DNA of 31,513 bases from a virus (taxonomy: Duplodnaviria > Caudoviricetes): the IMG/VR virus record IMGVR_UViG_3300044724_004599, positions 1 to 31,513 of that record. The stretch is one strand, 5' to 3'. The position numbers and the translations under genes were made by a program. The notes under the pieces are model-generated. The model did no database searches, was not told the DNA's origin, and was given only the letters and a program-made list of their open reading frames with translations. Shown here piece by piece: positions 26,184 through 31,513 of this stretch. Numbering within the stretch: position 1 is the first letter of the stretch; the number at the start of each line of letters is the position of its first letter.

Positions 26184-26627
26184 TTATGAGTTATATGTTG
26201 TATATGCTCCGTTTTCGTTCGAAGTAACATAATTTGTAAATGTTGGATCATTTGTACCAAATACAAATGCTCTACCAGTATCTATATTTCTTGGAAGTCC
26301 TGTAGATTGTTCTACATTACTCCATATACTTTGAATGGTACTAAAAAATTGGTTTGCCTCAGACCATTTTAGTTGTCCACTTCCTTGGTTGTCTCTTAGG
26401 TTGTAAGTATACTGTCCACTTGCCGTTGGAATAGCTGATCCTGTATATGTAAACTCATAATACTTACTTAAATTATTAGGTGTATTGGTTAAAGACAAAG
26501 AAAACGATGATGAAGCCAGGTCCATATCGTGTGTCAATTCCATAGAAAACGTTGAACCAGTAACACTTCCTGTTACAGGCCAAATCGCTATACTACCAGT
26601 ATTTAAGTTTGTATATAGGTTTATCAT
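26184..26627 (-). CDS. Putative structural protein
   Basis: Beta-rich and S/T-rich. Lies between major tail and portal, preceded by ATATTTA-N5-ATG (26633-26639). Confidence 0.55.
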   Translation of the reverse strand: MINLYTNLNTGSIAIWPVTGSVTGSTFSMELTHDMDLASSSFSLSLTNTPNNLSKYYEFTYTGSAIPTASGQYTYNLRDNQGSGQLKWSEANQFFSTIQSIWSNVEQSTGLPRNIDTGRAFVFGTNDPTFTNYVTSNENGAYTTYNS

Positions 26628-26639
26628 ACAATTAAATAT

Positions 26640-26671
26640 AAAAAAAAGGGATTGATCTCACAACCAACCCC
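26640..26671 (-). terminator. Intrinsic terminator after capsid and major tail genes
   Basis: GGGGTTGGTT-GTGA-GATCAATCCC stem with a GNRA loop, followed by T8. Confidence 0.85.
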
Positions 26672-26691
26672 GTTTCTTTTTCTAATAAAGT

Positions 26692-27234
26692 TTAGCTAAC
26701 TGTTATAGTAGTCAATGCGTCAGTTAAATTACCGGAAGTGGTAATCTCTTCTGCCGGGAAAGGTTCTTGTGCTTCAAAAGTTAACGCATATTGATTTGCG
26801 TCTCCTAATGCCGTACCGGTTCCACCTGTTCCACCTGTTACAGTGCTTCCTCTATATCTACCTACATAAAAGAATTGCCCAACGTTATCGTCCACACCAT
26901 TATTCGTTTCTACAACGATTTTAAGGTCTGGGTTTTGAGTTAATACTTTTACTTGGTTTCTAATAGAAGCTTGTAACTTATGCATCGCTATGTTAGTTAC
27001 CTGACTGTAAAATACAGTACCGTTTTCTAAACTTGGAGTTGGAGTTTCTGTGAAGTCACCGACGTTTCTTGGAAGTTCAAACTTATAAAAAGTACCTGTT
27101 CCGTCAATATCAGAAATAGCACCCGAAGCTGCTGTTACTGAAGTTACTGAACCAGATAGTATATATACGTTTTTTATGCCTCCCACCGACGAGCGGCAGC
27201 CCAGAGAAAATCCACTTGATAAATTACATGCCAT
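26692..27234 (-). CDS. Major tail (tube) protein
   Basis: MAC...C...GGIK start, ENGTVFYSQ and GTALGDANQYALTF. Follows the capsid gene and precedes a strong terminator. Confidence 0.7.
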   Translation of the reverse strand: MACNLSSGFSLGCRSSVGGIKNVYILSGSVTSVTAASGAISDIDGTGTFYKFELPRNVGDFTETPTPSLENGTVFYSQVTNIAMHKLQASIRNQVKVLTQNPDLKIVVETNNGVDDNVGQFFYVGRYRGSTVTGGTGGTGTALGDANQYALTFEAQEPFPAEEITTSGNLTDALTTITVS

Positions 27235-27268
27235 AATGTTATGTTTTTTAGTTAAACAATGCTTCTAT

Positions 27269-28219
27269 TTACGCTTGATCATTAGATACAAAATATGAAG
27301 CATGTGAAATCTGGCATCCTAATTTGTTTCTTAATCTATAGTTAAGGGTATCTTGATCAATTGAGTACCACATCTGGAAGTTGTTAGTATCAGAAACTAA
27401 GTCTGTACCTACTACCATTGAAGATGCTGGTCCTATGATTACTCTTTCTGAAGATCTTAAACCGTAAGTACCGATAATTTTTACATTTGGATACCCTGGT
27501 AATGGGACTTCATAAAAACCTCCTCTTCTTTCAACTGTTGTTGGGTCGAAGTGAAATAAGTTTTGAGTAGTTAAACCATTTACGATTCTTTGGAATACTG
27601 AAGTACCACACCATACAGTTAAATCTGGAGCGTCAAGTACGTTAACGTCTACTGATTCTAACATTGTTGTGATTTGGTCATATGCAGTTGATCCAGTAAT
27701 TACGTTTGCACCAATTCCTGTTGCTACGTTTACTCCTGATGTAGATCCTGAGATTAAAGTCTTGAATCCATCAGCTTCTGGAGTTACTGTAGAGTTAGCA
27801 AATGCTGCTCCACTTACTGCGTTCCAAATAAAGTCATCGTTATTTTGTTGTGCTTTTTTTACAAGGTCGTCAGACATCTCTGTTAAGATAGTCATCGTGT
27901 CCTCGTATGAGCCCTCTGGTAAGAAAGCTTTTCCTGTATACTTCTCTGTTAAGAGCTGTAAGTTCCAGTTGTCATAGGCTGTGCGTTTAGTCACAGTTAT
28001 GTTTCTTTGAGTAAAATCTGCTGAACCTGAAGGTGTAGATACTGCATCTCCCCCTTGAAAATAAGGAGTTACACTCACTAAATTAAGTGGCTGAGAATAT
28101 TTGATGCCCTGTTGTACAGTTACGTATTCCGCGGTATTTCCCGTGTATATCGCATCTATTACCAACTTGCCTGCCAGCTGATCGTTAAAATCGGCTAAAG
28201 CCGCTGCTGAAATTGCCAT
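27269..28219 (-). CDS. Major capsid protein
   Basis: 316 aa, downstream of the scaffold. GIKY, IWNA...DGF and GTDLVSD motifs resemble Bacteroidota phage capsids. Confidence 0.85.
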   Translation of the reverse strand: MAISAAALADFNDQLAGKLVIDAIYTGNTAEYVTVQQGIKYSQPLNLVSVTPYFQGGDAVSTPSGSADFTQRNITVTKRTAYDNWNLQLLTEKYTGKAFLPEGSYEDTMTILTEMSDDLVKKAQQNNDDFIWNAVSGAAFANSTVTPEADGFKTLISGSTSGVNVATGIGANVITGSTAYDQITTMLESVDVNVLDAPDLTVWCGTSVFQRIVNGLTTQNLFHFDPTTVERRGGFYEVPLPGYPNVKIIGTYGLRSSERVIIGPASSMVVGTDLVSDTNNFQMWYSIDQDTLNYRLRNKLGCQISHASYFVSNDQA

Positions 28220-28221
28220 GT

Positions 28222-28914
28222 TTATTGATTTTTATTATTGGTTATGTTAAATAAAGCTTTCTCGTACCTTTTAGTATTGTACACTGCTTTAGGTTGTTGA
28301 AAATTACTTTTTGACTTAGCGTATTTAGACTCAGCAAGAGGTTTTTCAGAAGGAGCACTCATGTACTCTTTCATTTTTTCCTCGTGTTCAGTCATAATAG
28401 TTTCGTGCTCAGCCAACTTGTTGCGTAGTTCCTCTATTGCTGGTCCTACTTCGGTCATGATAGCTTCGATGATTTCTTCTTTTATGTCCATTGTTTCCTC
28501 TTCAGGATGACTGTCCATATCGATCTCATCTTCTTCTAACTTGACCTCTTCTGTTGTGTTTTCAGAAGCTTCTTCAGCAGACATTTCTTCTTCGTGTTCT
28601 GCTAATGAGCCTTCATCACCACCTTCTGGTCGAGCTATACCAGTGATTTTTCCTTCACCATCTACTGTTACAGTAATACCACTTTCAGTTGTATGCTCGC
28701 CTGATGGAGCCAATACTTCGTCTCCTGCTTCCGTAGTAACGTACAATTCATCACCTACAGCGAAAGAAGAATCTTTCTTGTTAGTAATTTTTGTCCCGTC
28801 AACTAAAGTAGCCGAATCAAAGTTTTGTTTTTCTTCTGAAGTATTTCCTGTCTCAGTCATTTCGGTAAGGGAAAAATACTTTTTTACAAGCTCTTTTAAT
28901 TGTTCTTTGTTCAT
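28222..28914 (-). CDS. Capsid scaffolding protein
   Basis: Very acidic with a C-terminal coiled coil. LVDGTKI...APSGEH motif. Directly upstream of the capsid gene. Confidence 0.65.
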   Translation of the reverse strand: MNKEQLKELVKKYFSLTEMTETGNTSEEKQNFDSATLVDGTKITNKKDSSFAVGDELYVTTEAGDEVLAPSGEHTTESGITVTVDGEGKITGIARPEGGDEGSLAEHEEEMSAEEASENTTEEVKLEEDEIDMDSHPEEETMDIKEEIIEAIMTEVGPAIEELRNKLAEHETIMTEHEEKMKEYMSAPSEKPLAESKYAKSKSNFQQPKAVYNTKRYEKALFNITNNKNQ

Positions 28915-28956
28915 ATTAAAAGAATTAAGGTTAAAAAGTGATTGTTCCTATAAAAA

Positions 28957-28963
28957 TAAATAG
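28957..28963 (-). promoter_or_regulatory. CTATTTA motif upstream of the scaffold/capsid operon
   Basis: Intergenic, 42 nt before the ATG, just after a small hairpin (28966-28982). Confidence 0.55.
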
Positions 28964-28997
28964 AGAAAACCCCGAAGGGATTATATATTACACACAA

Positions 28998-29552
28998 TTA
29001 CAGCCATTGAATCCTATCTCCATAAGAGTCTATAAACTTTTTTTCTAAAGTAGGTTCATGTCCTTTACCTTTAGTTTCTACAAATTGAGGTTCTTTAGAA
29101 TCAAAGTAATGGTGTAGTTTATATTTTGGATCCCACCAATCGAATCCTGTTAAAGTTATTTGTTTATGCTGTTTTAACATAACGTATATTGCTATCATAC
29201 CTGTACTGAACATACCGTAGTGGTTGTCAAAGTATCTTCTCATCTCAGTTAATAACTCATCGGTGATAACTTGAGTATTGTTAAAATACTCTTGTAGTTT
29301 TAGGTAATACGGGTGTGTTTCTTTGTCTTTAGACCAAACATGAAAGTAAACCTCGTCTACTTTTCTTTTAGTAATCCTTACGTTAGAGACTGTAAACCAT
29401 ATATTTGTTTTAACTCCCGTGTATTCTGTATGTTTATCTGTATTGTATAAGTTAAACCTAACTACTGTGTTAAAGCTATCAATATTCTTACCGTTCTTGT
29501 TATCTAATAAAGAAGGACCGTTACCTACTAATATAACTGTATTTTTTTCCAT
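28998..29552 (-). CDS. Glycosyltransferase family 29 (sialyltransferase)-like protein
   Basis: L-sialylmotif-like VILVGNGPSLL...IDSFNTVVRFN...G.KT, S-motif-like STG...LTGFD, HHYFD, and HxxxxE (HEPTLE). Confidence 0.8.
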   Translation of the reverse strand: MEKNTVILVGNGPSLLDNKNGKNIDSFNTVVRFNLYNTDKHTEYTGVKTNIWFTVSNVRITKRKVDEVYFHVWSKDKETHPYYLKLQEYFNNTQVITDELLTEMRRYFDNHYGMFSTGMIAIYVMLKQHKQITLTGFDWWDPKYKLHHYFDSKEPQFVETKGKGHEPTLEKKFIDSYGDRIQWL

Positions 29553-30087
29553 CTAAAGCTATATTACAATCTATAAAATTAAAATTTTCATCAAAATACT
29601 TAACTGTAGCTTTGTTATGCAACCACCATTTCTTAAAACTTGTTAAATATTTACAGTTAGTATTTGTAGAATACCATATAACAGGTTTTTTACCACAAGC
29701 TAAAGAAAACCAACCCATTCCACTACATAAACCAATATGTCCTATAGAACCGTTTATAATATCAGCAGTTTTTTTAAGACTGTACTTATTATTACCAATG
29801 TCTATCATTTTATAATTTTGAGACTGGTAGTATTTGTATATAGCTTGTATCTGTCTATTGTTAAAAATATGTTCCTTACACCAAGTCTTTTGTTCAAAAC
29901 TTTTATCAAACTGGTATGTTAAGTATTTACCCTTAAATGGTGATTCTCTAAACTTATAGTTAATAGGTTGTATAATTGGTTTATTAGAGGTATCGAACTC
30001 GTACTTATAATTGTATAACTCTTGTAGTTCTTTGTTATATACGTTCTTACCAGTAGAAAATCTTATAATTTGGTCTCCTAAGTTCAA
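29521..30087 (-). CDS. GT9-like (GT-B C-terminal domain) glycosyltransferase-related protein
   Basis: SLKKTADIINGSIGHIGLCSGMGWFSLACGKKPV resembles the GT9 nucleotide-sugar-binding region. The protein is short. Confidence 0.45.
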   Translation of the reverse strand: MNLGDQIIRFSTGKNVYNKELQELYNYKYEFDTSNKPIIQPINYKFRESPFKGKYLTYQFDKSFEQKTWCKEHIFNNRQIQAIYKYYQSQNYKMIDIGNNKYSLKKTADIINGSIGHIGLCSGMGWFSLACGKKPVIWYSTNTNCKYLTSFKKWWLHNKATVKYFDENFNFIDCNIALDGKKYSYISR

Positions 30088-31361
30088 CTTGGTAAATTAA
30101 AGTCGATACGTTGTAACCAATCTCCATCTTTTTTATGAGGCCACAATACTACTTTATAGGGTTTACTAAATGCTGTAAATTTTATATCCTGTTTAGTATT
30201 ATTACCATTCAAAAAGTCTTCATGAGTTAAATCATATCTATGTAAGAGTTGTTGATCTTGACTCTCTATACCTAAATAAATAAAATCGAAGTTACAAGTA
30301 CAACTCGTCTGAGATTTTAGTTTAGGCCAATGTTCAGTCCAATCTACCTCTATAGAGTAATCCTGTGGTTTAATAATTCTCCATTCTACATCGTTGTCAT
30401 CTGCTATAGGAGGTGTTTCACCTTTAATTGTTCGTTCATGTAATACCCTATTGGCAAAGTCTATACCAGCATAATTTTCATACTCTCTATGAGTTCTTAC
30501 ATTACCTAATCCATACTCACCTATATCAGTACCATTATCTTCTTCCTGTAGCATTTGTCTTAATCTTTTAAGACTGATATTGTTTCTATCGGTCCATATT
30601 TGTTCTACATTTCCTGATACATGGTCATCCCAATGTTTAACTCTTCCCTGTCTTGTATATTCATGCCATACAACAGTCTTATGAGGGTGAAAGATATCAT
30701 AACCTAAAGTAAAAGACCTTATAGAAAGACTTATTTCATCACCAGCAAAATATAAGTCTGGATCATATTTGTACTCCTCACAATGTATACCTAAAGTAAA
30801 GTAAAAGTGCCCACTTACAAATCTACCTGGTATTGGTTTAGTTAATGAGGTATGTTCAGGTATAGATTCTGGAAAAAATAAAATAGTACCTCCTCCTGTA
30901 AAACGTTTAGCAACCATCTTATATGGTTCTTGATTTAACTTTACATTGTTTTTAGGATCATACATACCAGCGTAAGAAGTTATAATAGGCTTTTCTGAAC
31001 CTGTCAACTTCATCATTTGGATTAACTCTTCGTCCCAATCTTGTAAAAACCTATGATGTGAGTCAAGCTGTAAAGTATACTTCTCACCTTTCCAAAGTTT
31101 TTGAATAGATGCTCTTGCCCAACACAAACCTTTACTCTCATTCCAAGGTATGTCTATAATTGTAAAGTTTGGATTGTCTTTATACTTGTCTAAGTTATCC
31201 CATTCGTCTTCTTTATGGTGTTGCCAACAAATACCAAAGGTTAACCTGTCTGGGTATTTAGCTTTCTCTAAACAATCTTTAATTGTAGGTATTAATTCAG
31301 GATCCCTATACGATGGAATCTGTATAAAGATTTTATCTTGTGTAATTTTATTTCTGCCCAT
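30084..31361 (-). CDS. GT60-type polypeptide N-acetylglucosaminyltransferase (Gnt1/Gnt2-like)
   Basis: IFIQIPSYRD, G.CWAR, LQLDSHHRF (DxH), SGHFYF, GDEI and WHEY motifs characteristic of the GlcNAc/GT60 family. Confidence 0.85.
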   Translation of the reverse strand: MGRNKITQDKIFIQIPSYRDPELIPTIKDCLEKAKYPDRLTFGICWQHHKEDEWDNLDKYKDNPNFTIIDIPWNESKGLCWARASIQKLWKGEKYTLQLDSHHRFLQDWDEELIQMMKLTGSEKPIITSYAGMYDPKNNVKLNQEPYKMVAKRFTGGGTILFFPESIPEHTSLTKPIPGRFVSGHFYFTLGIHCEEYKYDPDLYFAGDEISLSIRSFTLGYDIFHPHKTVVWHEYTRQGRVKHWDDHVSGNVEQIWTDRNNISLKRLRQMLQEEDNGTDIGEYGLGNVRTHREYENYAGIDFANRVLHERTIKGETPPIADDNDVEWRIIKPQDYSIEVDWTEHWPKLKSQTSCTCNFDFIYLGIESQDQQLLHRYDLTHEDFLNGNNTKQDIKFTAFSKPYKVVLWPHKKDGDWLQRIDFNLPS

Positions 31362-31461
31362 AGGTATCGTTGATAAGTTGTTGTATATCGTTGAAGATAC
31401 TATCTATCCTTTCTTCAAACTCTTCCCAAGTAAGCTGTCTATCTTCTTTCTGTTTATCCAT
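31348..31461 (-). CDS. Micro-ORF (37 aa, not in ORF track)
   Basis: MDKQKEDRQLTWEEFEERIDSIFNDIQQLINDTYGQK. Overlaps the start of the GT60 gene. Confidence 0.5.
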   Translation of the reverse strand: MDKQKEDRQLTWEEFEERIDSIFNDIQQLINDTYGQK

Positions 31462-31513
31462 GTTCTTTTTATATAAGTAGTAATTGGTTTACCAAAAAGG
31501 TAAGAAAAATAAC

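Noticed and set aside
26183-26266. Longer portal start at 26266
   Set aside because: It overlaps the upstream gene by over 80 nt. The ATG at 26182 directly follows that gene's stop.
3662-31476. Other plus-strand ORFs in the track (e.g. 3662..4126, 15672..15923, 16104..16325, 20092..20310, 23714..24058, 27669..27977, 28541..28963, 31150..31476)
   Set aside because: They are antisense shadows of well-supported minus-strand genes and carry no motifs.
1-31513. tRNA/rRNA genes, stop-codon reassignment, terminal direct repeats
   Set aside because: No cloverleaf or rRNA-like sequence was recognised. Genes tile well under the standard code. The ends share only a trivial AAAATAAC.

Overview
A 31.5-kb AT-rich segment, possibly a near-complete genome, of a tailed dsDNA phage with siphovirus-like genes. 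The host is probably Bacteroidota, since starts are A-rich and lack Shine-Dalgarno motifs. Almost all genes are on the minus strand. From right to left: three glycosyltransferase-like genes; scaffold, major capsid, major tail, portal, adaptor, tail fibre and a LamG-like protein; a sigma-like factor; an amidohydrolase/GNAT/DNA-methyltransferase block; TerS, a small MTase and TerL; a tail chaperone with a -1 frameshift; tail completion and tip proteins; tape measure; prohead protease; and a holin-like micro-ORF. A plus-strand GIY-YIG gene converges on it. Highlights: (1) a repeat-bounded tandem cassette locus L-[amidohydrolase+GNAT]-R/L-[MTase]-R; (2) GT60, GT29-like and GT9-like enzymes together with a tail protein carrying mucin-like (Pro-Thr)n tracts, a candidate virion O-glycosylation system; (3) a CTATTTA-N5-ATG late-promoter-like motif; (4) recurrent tandem pairs of divergent modules; (5) a cupredoxin-like domain inserted in the prohead protease. 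All functional calls come from motif recognition by eye; no searches were run.
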